Shown here: piece after piece, positions 11,616 to 25,769 of the stretch
Numbering within the stretch: position 1 is the stretch's first letter
Layout of the letters: every line of letters starts with the position of its first letter
Source: Octopus sinensis
Taxonomy: Eukaryota
Assembly (NCBI RefSeq): GCF_006345805.1
Contig: NC_043002.1
Span: forward strand, 96,472,001-96,536,000
Reading direction: 5' to 3'
Length of the DNA: 64,000 bases
Made by a program: the position numbers and the translations under genes
The notes under the pieces: model-generated
Told to the model about the DNA's origin: nothing
The model's input: only the letters and a program-made list of their open reading frames with translations
The model's database searches: none

Positions 11616-14600
11616 CTATAAAAAAATAAACAAAATTGATTAAATCAACAATAAGATGCTAGTAGTAGTAGTGGTGGTGGTGATTATTATTATCATTATT
11701 ATCAAAGGTGGTGAGCTGGCAGAATTGTTAACACTAAGGGAAAAACGCTTGGTGGTATATTGTCCATCTTCATGTTCTTCAGTTCAAATTCATCCTCTTG
11801 GGGTCAATAAAAAGAGTACCACTTGATCACTGGGGTCGATGTAATCAACTCTCCTCCTCACCATAATTTCAGGCCTTGAGACTATATAGTAGGACCGATT
11901 ATTATTATTATCATTATCATTAAATGACGTGTTTTAAAATTTTACATTTGAAAAGAGAGGTCTTTCAAATGTTTGAATATGTTTATGTTGAATTTGTTTA
12001 TGGAAGTGACAGGAAGGTCAATAACCTCATTTAGCAAAGTACTCAGAATTCAAGTAGATACTATATAATTTCTTATACAGATTAATTAACTAGGTTCCCC
12101 ACAGCAAGTAAATTTCGATTGTACATCATCATCATCGTTTAACGTCCGCTTTCCATGCTAGCATGGGTTGGACAAAGATAAAGTGGAGGCACATAGCTTA
12201 GTGATTAGGGTGTTAGACTCATAATCATAAGATTGTGGTTTCGATTCCTGGACTGGGTAACATGTTCTTGAGTAAAACACTTCATTTCAAGTTGCCCCAG
12301 TCCACACAGCACAATCATGCAATGGACTGGCATCCCGTCCAGGTGGGGAATACATATGCCATGGGAACTAGCCCTATGAGTCTATATGACTCAAGAAGGA
12401 ACTTCACTTTTTTTTTTACTGATAGATAAAAATAAAGAAAAGAGAAAGCTACTTTAGATTGTATGAATCAATCATTATATTAGCAAGGTATCAATAGCAG
12501 AGACACTACACTATAAAATATTGGCATCTAGTCATTATTATTTTTTACATCAAAGTCTAAATTATAATTTGTTGTCTGTGGGCAGCCTCTATTTTTGTAA
12601 CACGGGTGCTGATATTCCATTAGAAACAGCAACTTTACTGGTAAGAATATTAAGAGACTGAGAAAAGAGTTTAAGAATACACAAAAGAATGGCATTTCTC
12701 TATATGCTGATGGAGTTTACACAATTAACCTGGATTTCAATGGAATACAATTCAATTTCATGATTTAATCAACTAAACCTTGCTCCTCAAATTTAGAAAT
12801 CAATATTAAGAGTGGTCGAGTAGCAGATTTCATATCCCACTAGGACTGACATAGATTTTGCATCCTTCTTGGTTTATGAAATAAGTACAGTAATATACTG
12901 AGTTCTGACTAATTAAAATGGCCTAGTAGTTAGGGTGTGGAGGCACATAGCCTAGTGGTTAGAGCAGTGAACTCGCGGTCAATAGATTGTGGGTTTGAAT
13001 CTCAGACTGGGCAATGTGTGTGTTTATAAGAGAAACACCTAAGCTCCACACAGATCCAGAAGAAGGTAATGACGAATTTCTGACATTTTCATCACAACTT
13101 TCTCTCACTCTTTCCTCCTGCATCTAGCAGCTCACCTGTGATGGACTGGCATACTGTCCAGGTGGGGAACCTATATACCAATGAAACTAGGAAACTGGTC
13201 CTTACAAGCTAGGCATGGCTTGAGGAGAAACAAACAACAAGTGGTTAGGGTGTTGCACTCACAATCACGGGATTATGGTTTTGATTCTCAGACTGTTGGT
13301 ACGCTGTTTTCTTGAACAAAGCACTTCATTTTCCATTGTTTCAATCTATTCAGTTTTAAATGAATAACTGCGGAGTGGTTGGCATTAGGAAGGGCAACCA
13401 GCTGTAAAAACCATGCCAAAACAGACAGCGATGCATGGTGCGGTCTTCTGCCTAGCCAGCTCTTGCCAAACCATCCAACCCATGCCAGCATGGAAAGCAG
13501 ACGTTAGATGATGATAATGATGAACTCTGCAACAGACTGGCATTTTGTTCAGAGGTGTGTTGTGATCCTGGTCACTTACATGCCATTGAAACAACCAAGT
13601 AACCAGCTCTATGAGTCCAAGGACTTGAGACAATAACGCCCAGGGTTGATGATGCTGATGATGATGATACTGATGATGTAATTAACTACTTTTCCCCCAA
13701 AAGTCTGTATTCATGTGCAAATGTAAGAAGCCATAATTAACAACATGTATAACTTTATGGCATGGTCAACATGACAGACTTCCCACAGACCAAACACTTT
13801 GCCCAATTCAGTGTAGGCATAGCTTAGAGCGAGCATGATAGAATAGCAAAGGAATGAAATTCACTTCATAACCACATGGTTTTTGGGCTCTAACCCACTG
13901 TGTGGCACCTTGAGAATGTATTTTTTGCTATAGCTTTGTAAGTTTGTAAGTGGAAACTGCTCAGAATTCAGTTGTATACATGTGTGTGTGTGCATGCTTT
14001 ATTTCTACATGTCATTGCATTGACACCATTTCTTCAACAATGTCATAAATGTGCAGTAGCTGCCTCAATAAACCTTGTCCAATCCATTGCCAGCATGAAA
14101 AAGCAGACATAATAATGACGATGAGGAAGCAGAGGAGGAGAAAGAATGACAGAAAAGAGAGAGAATCAACAGGTGTGTAAGTGTATTCGTGAGCAGGTGT
14201 GTAAGTGTATTCGTGCACATGTGCATGCATGCAAGCACACATACATGCATATCAATTAAGACACATTAAAATGTCATTAGTTGCTATTTACATGAAATTG
14301 CACTTTGAGTTAATAGCATGATGGATATCATTGGCAAAAGAGTGAGTTATCAGGATAGCTATCAGTCATATCACCACCTAATCACAATGCACTATGTGTA
14401 TATAATTAACATGTCTGTCATTAGCTTGAAGTACTGGTTTTATGACTTCCCAAGAAACCTTGAGTAGACAATAGATAATTACTATATCTCATCAACAGGA
14501 TCACCAAAAGTTCAATTTTGAAAACCACAACATTTCAATTGTGAAAAGTACTTAACAAGAAAAAGTATCCTTATTATTGCATACCCCCACTAAAATCGTG

Positions 14601-17600
14601 ACACAGTTTCAATTCCCACTCAAGCCACTAACTATATTTTTTAAGAAAGCATGAATGTCACATCCTCTGTCACCAACTTTTTTTAATTCATTATTGGATT
14701 CTTCTGATGACAATTCATCAGTAAAAAAAAAAAAAGGATCCCAACTACAACAATACTGTCTTTCATTTTTTTTTTTTTTCAGGCAGTGAACGACAATATC
14801 CAATGTATCCTTCTTTTTTAAAACTGTAGGGGTGTTATTGCAAGGAGATTTCACTGTTATTTCTACTTGGTTGACCGACCACATAACAATACATTCATTG
14901 ATGTAGTTCTTGCAAAACTATTTCAATAATCACAATAATACTATATTTAGTGAATCTTATTTTTTTCAGTGTGTTTCATATCTAATTTTTATGCTTGGAT
15001 AACAGGTGAGATGGCATTTAGGAAATCAATGGTCACCTTTTCATGTATATAAGCTGAACCACCCAAGTCAGATGGCAACCAGCAGTTATGTGCCATGCTC
15101 AAGGACTCAATACAATAACTAGAATATAATATTAAATTTTGAACTTATGACTAAGTGACTCAAAGGCTTATGCTAAGTGAGAGTCTTAAAATTGACAAAA
15201 ACTTAAACTAGACATTTAAAATAGCATTTTACAAATTAAAGGTTATAAACTCTAAAACCAACTGACAAACTTGAATTTTTCACAACTGATTAATTAAAAT
15301 ATGATAGAAACTAATCAGCATAAGAGAGTGAGAGGGGGAGAGAGTGAGAGTGAAAGAGAGAGAGAGAATTACTGTATTTGCCAGCATATAACACTCCTAT
15401 TTTACAAGTGTAAAAAGAAATTCAGTATTTTAAAGAAGTTTTGTAGAAGAAAAGATATGGTTCTGTGCATGTAAATAAAATGTCATGATATACTGGATTA
15501 AAGTATGAAGCCATAAATACATCCTAAATAAACTACATAATGGGAATATATGTCTATATTTTGCTTAAGAAAATTGCCATACAGGATGTAAAACTTGTAT
15601 TTCTGGCTGTCGCATCTCAAATAACCACAATTATTTATCAGGTTAGCTACTGTCACGATAGTTTAATGTCATATACTAATTACAAATAACTGATAGGCAG
15701 AGGAAAATTTAACATTCGTTTGATCTTTTTAGAAGAATTTTTTTTTATCCAGAAAATAAACAAATGTTTCTTGAAGCATTTAAACTGACCAAGATCTGAG
15801 ATAATGGATAATCAATCCAAAACTATGTAAATAAATAAATATTACATTTGACCAAGTAACCTAAATGCTAAAGAATTAACGGTAAAAGAGCCATTAACTA
15901 ATGTAAGACATATCTCAGGTGTGGGCTTATGCATGCTGGTATAAAGAAATGATGTGACCTCCCCACGTACTGTAAGCAGTTTTTAGTAAGTTTGTGCTGA
16001 CAGTCTGTGATAATTTGGCTTGTTTCCAATATTTCAATATTAGTATAAGGTAGCAAGCTAGCAGAATTGTTAGCATGCTGGACAAAATGTTTAGTGGCAT
16101 TTCATCCATCTTTACATTCTGAGTTCAAATTCCACCATGGTAAACTTTGCCTTTTGTCCCACTTAGGGTTGATAAAATAAGTACCAGTTGAGCAATGGCA
16201 TTGATGTATTCGACTTGCTCTCCTCCCCTGAAATTGCTGGCCTTGTGCTAAAATTTGAAATCAATATTTTACTATTAGTAACCATTAGTGTATCTAGTGG
16301 GCTTATGCTCAGCAGACTTCCTAGTCTATGGTACAGAGTCTCATCCAAAATACTGCTGAATTAGACACAGAGCAATTTTTGGATACTTTTAAAAATTAAA
16401 AAAGAGCATGCAACGTTAAAAGCATCCAGTACACACTGTAAAGTGGATGGCGTTAGGAAGGGCAGCCAGCTATAGAAACTAAGCTAAATCAGACTAGAAC
16501 CTGGTGCAGCTCTCCAGCTTGCCAGCTCTATTCAAACCATCCCACCCATGCCTGCATGGAAAACAGACATTAAAGGATAATATGTCTTATAGGCCAATAA
16601 ATAAGGTAATTGATATCAGAATATTTTACAGTTTTCTTCAAGGAATGAAGGGCACTTCCCAAGATCCTTCATATACTTTCAGGACCTCCTGAGATTAATG
16701 GGGAGAAGTTATCCTCAAACCAGAGACCTGGTCCAAATGCTTGCAAAAGAGTGAGCCCTATTATTAAAAACCATCTAACATATATTGTGCATAAAACTCT
16801 TTATCCACTGTAATGGAGAATAAATAACACAACATGAAATGGTTTCCTGTAACTCCACTGGAAAGCTTTTACAAGATTTTAAACAATAGCACATAGGTAA
16901 AATAGTTAGCTAACAACATATCTATTTAAACCATTCAACTGCCTTTAATTTATTGAGATAAAAATAAAAATAACATTCAATGCTCTATGCAAGAATTAAC
17001 TTGACCAAAACCTGTGTGGTTCTATGAATGAACACAAACTTCGACTGTCTTATTACCTATGAAACATTATCTATAAACTTAAAACTACAGCAAGTAACAA
17101 TCAATGCCGTAACATTAGATATTGTATTCAGCAGAGCTAGTGTTACTATTATTTTCATAGCTTTGTCAAAACCAAACAGGTTTAATACAAATGCTCTCTA
17201 TCTATTTTGCTGTTTAAAAAGTCTATTTTTACCATGTCAGTGGTTTTGTTTTCCCTATTATTATTTTATATTATTATTATTTTATATTATTTTATAGTTA
17301 TTATTATTATTATTATCATCATTATCATTATTATTATGTAAGGTAGCGAGCTGGCAGAATCGTTAGCATACCAGGCAAAATGCTTAGCAGCATTTCATCT
17401 GTCTTTATGTGCTGAATTCAAAGTTGACTTTGCTTTTCACCCTTTCTGGGTTGATTAGAATTAGTACCAGTTGAACACTTAACCAACTCACTCCTACTCC
17501 AAACTTGCTGGCCTTGTGCCAAAATTTGAAACCATTATGATGATGATGACAATGAAACTAGGCTGACAGGTAAAAAAGATTTTAAAAAGATGACAAATGT

Positions 17601-18146
17601 ACAATAGAAGCTACTAATAGAAGCACCCCAAAAATTACGTCCATGAACTCTCTGGATATTCCACTAAAATTTCATAGATTTTGTTACCTGGGATACACTA
17701 ATTAGAACTGGGGTCAGTTGCAGCAAAAATAATAGTAACTAGCTAGTGTTAGAAATAAATAGAAGTTTGGGTTATTCTGTTGGCACAGAAGAAGTTTCTT
17801 TATCCATTTAATAAGTACACTGTATTAAGGATGTCTAAGTCTGCTGTTGCACAAGAAATCAAGAATGATGTATATGTAATGTTGATTTGCACAGAAAATC
17901 AAAAACAATTGATATATGAGAAGAACTGACTAGTAGAGCCACTAGTCAAAGCATTTGTTATGAAAATATGATGTATATGGACAAGTATTGGGTAAACAAA
18001 GGATGTGTTTGCAGTGGAAGATGCTTGTAGCAAATGAAAGAAAACTAAGGCATAGGAAGAGGTAGTGAGATCAAATCTCAAGATGTTGAGTTTCACAATT
18101 GAGATGATGCAACATCATGACACATAGTGAAATACTGCATTGTAGA

Positions 18147-18402
18147 CATGGGCCCAGAAACAGGAGGTGCAAGCGCACCCCCTAAACTTTTTGTAGGGTG
18201 CAAAATCAAAATTTGCATTCCTACTTAACTTTTCTCAGGTTCAGAAAACATTGAGTGAAAAGTGATCTGCAAAAAGTAGCTTGAATTAAGTGTCTTCTCA
18301 AAGAACAGAGAACATAAATAAATAAAAAAAATGACCATATTTGTAAAAATTTTGGGGCCTTGGGTTTGCACCCTCTAAGCAAATTTTGTTCCCGAGCCAG
18401 TG
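18147..18402. mobile_element. hAT-type MITE (256 bp)
   Basis: Imperfect TIRs (10/15 match) and 8-bp TSD ATTGTAGA/ATTGCAGA. Confidence 0.65.
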
Positions 18403-19748
18403 ATTGCAGATATAACCAGCTTATGGCAGCATGGAAAACAGGGGTTAAAGTATGAATGATCCAGTGTACTACGAAGAGACAAATATCTTATGCACTAATC
18501 AAACAGCCCTCAGAAAAAAAAAAGTACCATTTTATATGTTAGATAATTCTCCTCACAGACATCCATGTATCTGACGTTCAATATTTCTATTCAAGTGACT
18601 AATCAATCAATGTAGACCTAAGGAAATCTCATCAAATTCAAACTGGAATGAAAGCAGCGAGAAGGAAAGATTTTTTGTTTTTTCTCTACTCACTAAAATT
18701 GCAGTGGTTAAATCTACTAACATATTTTATAGTTTCTAAAAGTCATTAACAAAATTGCTACAATTATTATTTAGAGTTGTTTACAAATTCCAACGAAAGA
18801 AAGGTTTAACTGTAATAAGTTTTGGCATTCAGTTTGCTTTTGTTTTCTCTTAAGTTTAAAGAGGAGGGGTAGTGACAGTGTTTTGTCTACTATTCTACTC
18901 TACTTGTTTCAATCACCTTCACCTAAATTCAGCCAGATAAACAACATCAATATAACATTCAGAGTTTTAAGATGTCCTTTTCATGTTTCCTAACATAAAC
19001 AGACTTAAAATGCTCCACAGCCTACTAACTCTTCTATAGACTGTAAACAACAGCTTAGTGAAAATATTTAGATAAACTATGACAAAAGCCATATATTTCT
19101 AATTGAATAAAAGCAACCTAGCCAAGTGAATATCTAACAACTGTTAACTTTTAAGGCACCTGTTATAGGTAGATAAATGTGTGACAGCTGGATTAGGAAG
19201 GAATTACACATGGCGATTAGTCACAAATTAATGGGAAATGTTTCTCAAATCTATCCAGAAAATATTTGTTTCATAAAATTTAGATTTTATTTATGAATAA
19301 ATTTAATTTTTCATCCCTTCCTTAAGAACTGAAAATCTAAATTTCTTTCAATTACTACAAACTTATTTCTTATAATGAACTGCCATGAGTTGAAGTATAT
19401 TAATCAAGACAAAAAGTGATAAACTCTTTTTAAGACAATTTCTATGGCTAACTTTTGTGATTAAGGATAAATAATTTACCCTTTGCTTCAGATTTTTATT
19501 CATGCAAAGTTTCCTATTGTAGAAAACTAGGACCAGAACATCAAGCAACTTTACCTCCAGCCATTTAGGACTATATTTTCCATAAATATCGTTACAATAT
19601 ATTTTATTTCTGTTGCAATTGATATATCATTCAAACCATCCAACCCATGCCAGAATGGAAAGCGGACATCAAACGATGATGATGAGCATAACCTGGAATC
19701 TTTAACTACCATCTGTCATTTAATAGAGGTTCCAAGTACAATCCCTAG

Positions 19749-19782
<34 letters not shown>

Positions 19783-21013
19783 TATATAAAAGCTACATCT
19801 GATACATGTATGAGACATACACACATAGATGGATGGATAAACAAATGAATACTGTCTGAAGACAACTGAAGAAAGCCAACTGAGACATTGTCAGCATCAA
19901 TGATAATGAATATACCAGATAGGGAAAATAGACAACCAGACCACCAGTATAGAAAATACTTATAAATAAACATAACTACTATAGTAATAGCTAGAAGTTC
20001 TTCAGCGGGTACTTCATACAGTCCTAAATACATATTTCTGAAAAGGTTATTTTTACTTCACAATAAAGGATTCCCACATTATCTCAATACTGGTTTTCAA
20101 TAACATTATCAAATTTTTGGTTTTACTTATCATCTTATTAATGTGTCTGTTTAAATGTAACTATATAGAACAAATAAAGGTGTATCTTTAACTTAAAAAA
20201 TAAAAATTAAATTACATATAGCTTCAAAATATAGTTTCACACACACACACACACAGAATCACCTACAGAATTATGTGCAGATTTACAAGTCCTTCAAAAC
20301 TCATAAAACAAGCAAATGTTGTTAATGTTTAATGCAGTTTAGAAATGGGTCTCTGGATGTTGGTTCTCAGTTTAAAGTAGAGGATACGTATATCTAAAAT
20401 TTGGCATGCAGTTTATGTATACATGCATGATCCTTTTGTAAATTACTTTTTTGCAGAAGTCAGAAATACCTGAAAACATTTGTGGATTTTGAGACACTTA
20501 TATATTCCAAGTTTTTTTTTTTTTTTGTTAATTCATAGGTAGGGGGGCTTCAAAAGAGGTCTCAGTGAGTAGTGTACCTGCCTTCCTGAGCTAGTTTTCC
20601 ACCACATTTCTTAAAAATCATGGTAGAGGCCTTGGTCTCAGGACCACTCATGTCTAGAAACTGAGGTCAGGGGTGAGTAAGGGCATGCTCCCCGTAGAAA
20701 ATCCAGTTCCAAAAAAGCCTCATGATAGCAAGGAAGAATGGGCACCAGCCAGCCAGCCAGCCCAAAGGTTGGGGTGAGCTGCACCTGCCTGCCTCATTGC
20801 TATGGCACTGAGGTAGATCTGGCCACACCCATTAATGGGGACAAAACCCAGATTTAAAACACTAGATGATGATGATGCTTGTTTTACATCAATGCTTAAA
20901 TGAATATGAGTGGCTTTCATTGGAGCAGTTGTTTCACACTTGGAAACTTTTCCTACTGCTCAACTGTGAAATAACACAGGAACTCTGTGCTCAGCCATAC
21001 AGAATGAGAAGAA

Positions 21014-21327
21014 CAGAATTATGAATTTTGTCCAAAAATGAAACACAGGGACTGTATTAGTTGTGGTAGGTCTAACACTAGCGTAGCTAAGGTGGAGTAG
21101 AAGGGGCAATCCACCCTGAGAAGCACTTTTATGGGGGTGGCACACTTTTGGGTCTGCTGTAGGCTATAAGCAGAATTATGAATTTTGTCCAAAAATGAAA
21201 TACAGGGACTGTATTAGATGTGGCAGGCCTATTACTAGTGTAGATAGAGTGGGGTGGAAAGAGCAGTCCACCCTGGGCAGCACTCTTATGGGGTGGTACA
21301 CTTTTGGTTCTGCTGTAGGCTATAAGC
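21014..21327 (+). repeat. Diverged 157-bp tandem duplication spanning the flank and 5' end of the hAT MITE
   Basis: CAGAATTATGAATTTTGTCCAAAAATGAAA at 21014 and 21171; both copies end in CTGCTGTAGGCTATAAG. Confidence 0.85.
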
Positions 21328-21500
21328 CTGTACAGGCTGTACTGAAATCAAATAATAGTGGTTTTAATATCAAGACACAGACACTACTCACCATTAAATG
21401 CAACAATTGATATAATCACTATGCAATAAGTATTTTTTGGTGGGGAGGGTAGCAAACTGAAGGGCCGCCCCAGGCGGCACACACTCAAGCTACACCACTA
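21233..21500. mobile_element. hAT-type MITE (268 bp)
   Basis: TIRs TACTAGTGTAGAT / AGCTACACCACTA and exact 8-bp TSD AGGCCTAT (21225-21232, 21501-21508). Confidence 0.7.
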
Positions 21501-22640
21501 AGGCCTATCAGCCTTCCCAGTTTAACACAGCCATTTTGGTCAATGGATTCTTTCAGCAGAGTTTCCTGCTGCATATTATTCAGTTAACCTCCCTGTCCAA
21601 GTACGATACTGACCTGCTTTCTTTGAGTAGCATATCAAAACAAAAAACAGGTGTGGTTTGAACACATGGCTCTACTTAATCTCATTTATTGATTTACTTC
21701 ACTGAATTCTTAACTGTACCATAAAAATGGCAAGCAGATGCAAAGAAAAGAGGCAGGAATTGCCAAAACTTGGAGATTTATTTGGAGACAAATGAGGTAT
21801 TTCTGCAACTAAAATAGCAAAAATACAACACTTGCTGACATAGAATGCAAGTCCCATGTGTTTGTGTATGAGTGCATATAATACAATAACCATCACAAGA
21901 TGTCAGAATCATCTGTTGTAAACAAAATATAAAACACACGCGTAATGATACACTGAAAAGGTGGTAAATGCTTTGAAACTAGGCAATTTACCAGTTAATA
22001 TCTAAAAAAAAAAAAAACTTTTACATTAGCATGGCTGCGTGGTAAGAAGTACCTTGGGCAAGTGTCTTCTACTATAGCCTCAGGCTGGCCAAAACCTTGA
22101 GTGGATTTGGAAGACGGAAACTGAAAGAAGCCTGTCATATATATATATATATGTGTGTGTGTGTGTACATATCTATGTGCGTCTTTATGTCTGTATTTGT
22201 CCCCCACCACCACTTGACAACCATTGTTGGTGTGTTTACGTCACTGTGACTTAGCAGTACGGCAAAGAGAGACCAATAGAATAAGTACCAGGTGTTAAAA
22301 AAAATAAGTCCTACAGGTTGATTTGTTCAATTAAAACCCATCAAGGTGGTGCCCCAGCATGGCCACAATCAAATGACTGAAGCCAGTAACAGAATAAATA
22401 GCTTCAGATAAGCTACACAGAACACACAAAAAAAACATATGTAACCAGCTTAAAAGAATAACATACATAGAATTAAACTTTACCTATCTTAGAGAGTTGG
22501 GTTTTTAAAATGGTGTGAAACCAACTAATGTGACAACTATGGATATTTAATAAGAATTGTGTGGATGGTTGAAATGTATTTAATTGAATTCCACTCAGTT
22601 CTCAATTCAAATCGTGTAGGATTTATTTCACATTGTTCCA

Positions 22641-23015
22641 GTCCATCATCATTCATCATTGTTCGACCGTGGTCGAGACAATGGAATTTACCATGCTACG
22701 CCAGACTTCACGGTCCATCATGGCATTACAGAGGTCCTGTTGCTGGATGCCTGTATCCCTGGAGATTACATCAAGGTAGGAGAGTGTGCGCCCTCTGGTA
22801 TTGCGAGTAGATGGCTTCCAGAGGAGAAGAGTAGAAATTACCTCTTTTTCAGCTCTACAACAATGTCCAGCAAACTGGACTCTCTTACCTTTCACAAGAG
22901 ATGACACAGGTGGTAGTTTCCCATATATTTGCATTTTGGTTGGATGGCGCTTCCACGAGAGATTTTGAGCTCTCATAAGGAGGCGAGTGTAGCAAGTTCC
23001 GGTCCACTCAACTGG
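22641..23015 (-). mobile_element. 5'-truncated LINE 3' end (RTE-clade-like C-terminus, TGA-repeat tail)
   Basis: ORF 22656-23018 contains QFAGHC, RGR.LSY and DREVWR motifs; (TGA)n follows the stop. Confidence 0.8.
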
Positions 23016-23291
23016 CAAAAATGAGTTCTACCTGTAAATTCAGAAGGGCCAGACATGTTACATTCTGTGTGGTGCTGAATCTCCTTGAGAACTGCTTTAA
23101 GGGTACGCATGTCCGTGGTGTGCTCAGCCACTTGTACGTTAATTTCACAAGCAGGCTGTTCTGTTGATTGGATCAACTGCAACACTCGTCGCCGTAACTG
23201 ACGATGGAGTGCGAGTAGCAGTAGTAGCAAGAATACAATAGAAACAGAAACATAAATAAAAAAAAAAATAAATAAAACAAACAGTACTTAC

Positions 23292-23332
23292 CGTATCATA
23301 ACATACATTATCTTTATTCCAAGGATAAGGCA
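23292..23332 (-). CDS. AMFR: AMFR small exon (41 nt, CLILGIKIMYVMI-R)
   Basis: Fills the gap corresponding to human SLLVTVRTAHVILR. Acceptor ttttcag, donor gtaagt. Its phase 0/2 restores frame with the next exon. Confidence 0.85.
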
Positions 23333-23904
23333 CTGAAAAAGAACAAAAATATAGTAACGTTATTATCTTAAGTATTATAAGCACAAATTAGAGACATGGG
23401 TTCAATCCCACTGTGTGTGTTACCTTAAGGAAGATGACCAAATCCTTGTGAATGGATATGGTTGAAAGAAACTTAAAGAAGCCTGTCTTACTCATACATA
23501 CATACATACAAATGTGTGTGTGTGTGTGTGTGTGTGTGTATAGTCAATTCAAATAAACAAACAATTAAAAAAAACCCGAAAAAAACGAATGTGAGGACAT
23601 GCACAAGAAATGTATTAACTTGATGCTTGGTGAAAGGAGAGAGTTTGATGTTTCGAGGACAGCTCTTCATTGGCAAGGAGAAAGGGAAAAGTCCAAAGAG
23701 GGAGAAAAAATTGCAAAATGGCACACGTGTAGTTACATTACTGTCTTTCTTTCTCTCTCTCATATCTATCTATCTATCTATCTATCTATATATATATATA
23801 TATATAGTTAATCCAAACAAGAAAACACAAAAAAACACAACAACGCAAGGACGTGGAACAAATATAGTATTATTGGACGCTCAGGAAAGAAGGGAAGAAG
23901 GAGG

Positions 23905-23939
23905 GTTTAACGTTTCGAGCGGAGCTCTTCGTCAGAAAC
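23905..23939 (-). ncRNA. Minimal hammerhead ribozyme motif (Penelope type)
   Basis: Minus strand reads GTTT CTGACGA A GAGC TCC GCTC GAAA C GT T AAAC: 4-bp stem I, 4-bp stem II, palindromic AACGTT stem III. Lies in a ~200-bp element (23806-24012) between (TA)n tracts. Confidence 0.7.
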
Positions 23940-24015
23940 ATAGGAGAAGGAAAGATCCAGAGAAGGGAAGACAGAGGGAAAAAAAAAAAAATCACCAATG
24001 GTACACATATATATA

Positions 24016-25705
24016 CTAGGTTAAGGTGACCCACTCTACGTGCGGGTAAGAGCGTGGTTGTTACTTTCTGTTTTTTATCGCCACATTCTCCCTCTTTGTT
24101 TCTCTCTCCATTCTCTCTCACCTTCCCACTCTCTTACTCTTCCTTTTTCTTGGACTCACCCTCGCTTTCTCTTACTCTCTATCTTTATCTATCTCTCTCC
24201 CATTTATAAACAACAAAAGATCTTGAGTAAGTTGAGAAATAAAATATTTTGAAAGATCCATCATAAATATCAGGCAGTGACAACGGAAAGGTCTGCTTCA
24301 AGGCAGACAGCAAAACACTAACGTTTAAAAGGGACAGACAAACTTGCGAGCTGAATAAAAATAAAAAAATATAGTAAAAAAAAGTTTGAAGGGATAGAAT
24401 CTGAGGATAGTAGAGTCACCATGGCTGGTATTCATTAACGATGGACAGCAACGTAGTGGCAGTTTAACGGTTGGCGTAAAATTTTGAACTTGATGTAAAA
24501 GAAAATTCCTAAACATTAAGTTTTGAAGTGATTCTTTCTCACGACAGTAAACTCACCAATGCTAGCATTCAAAACTTCTTTATCATGGACGGCAGCACAT
24601 TGAAGATGTAAAGGCTGGCGCAAATGTTTTAGCTTGTTGTAACAGAGAATTCCTAAACACCCGCTCCTGTAAATTTTAATCCCCTTCCAGCCCCATTTAG
24701 ACGCCTTTTCACATTTTGGTTAATATAACCCGATTTCATTCAGGTCTACTCGGGCCACATTTTATAAGATGAGGAATTTTGTCCTAGAGGTCATGCCTTT
24801 CATTTGAGAAAAAAACTAGTTGCCATGCAAACTCGCCAGCACTTTTAACATAAGTGTGCATATTTTCAGCACAACCGACCACATAATGCACACATTACAT
24901 ATATATACATATATATATATGTGTGTGTGTGTGTGTATGCATTATATATACAAATGTATACAAATTATATATATATAAATTAAATTAGGCAAATCAAGCA
25001 GTGAAAAACATAAACCAAAACATAAAAATATAATATACAAAATATATAAAATATAAAATTGAAAAATTAAAATTATTTAAATTTAAAATTAAAATTATTA
25101 ATTTATATTTATAATTTTTTTTAAAATATATATTATAACTATCAAAAAGTATTAAAAAGTTTAATATCCATAAATACAGATATATACACTGTATATATAC
25201 ATTATATATACATATTTATATATAGAACACACACACACACACGCATATATAAATTAACCCAATAAATATCTGATTCATAATATTTGTTCTCATGATTGTG
25301 TGGTGGTGGTGATGGTGATGATAATTCTCTCTATGAATGCAGACAGACGTAGAGAGAGAGAGTGTGTGAAAGTGCTGTCGAAGGCGGGGAGGGGGGGAGA
25401 TATAGGACGCTGTGAAACGACGTTATAGATAGAAAGTGAAAGGAAGGTAGGAAAGAGAGTGAGAGATAGAGGAAGACAGATACATAAAAGAATGAGAGTA
25501 GGCTTGTCAAAGTGCGTTTTTGGCCCTAGCAATGACACCCTTTAAGATGGGGATTTCTAACCTAGCCCACTCGCATCCTCACCTCATTTTACATGTCCCT
25601 GTAAATTTTGGAGTCAACCCGACGGGATCTAGTGGCCTTTAACCCGTTCTCAACGCCAAAACCAGACAAACAAACTTTTCGCATTTCAGAATTATAATAT
25701 AGAGA
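24016..25705 (-). mobile_element. Non-autonomous Helitron (1.69 kb)
   Basis: Minus strand begins A|TC at 25705 and ends with hairpin ACCCGC-ACGTAGA-GTGGGT (24029-24047), a 9-nt spacer, then CTAG|T at 24016. No TSD. Subterminal ACAAACAAACTTTTCGCATTT motif as in Lep1-like Helitrons (recalled). Confidence 0.75.
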
Positions 25706-25733
25706 TGATAGATAGATAGATAGATAGACAGAC

Positions 25734-25769
<36 letters not shown>

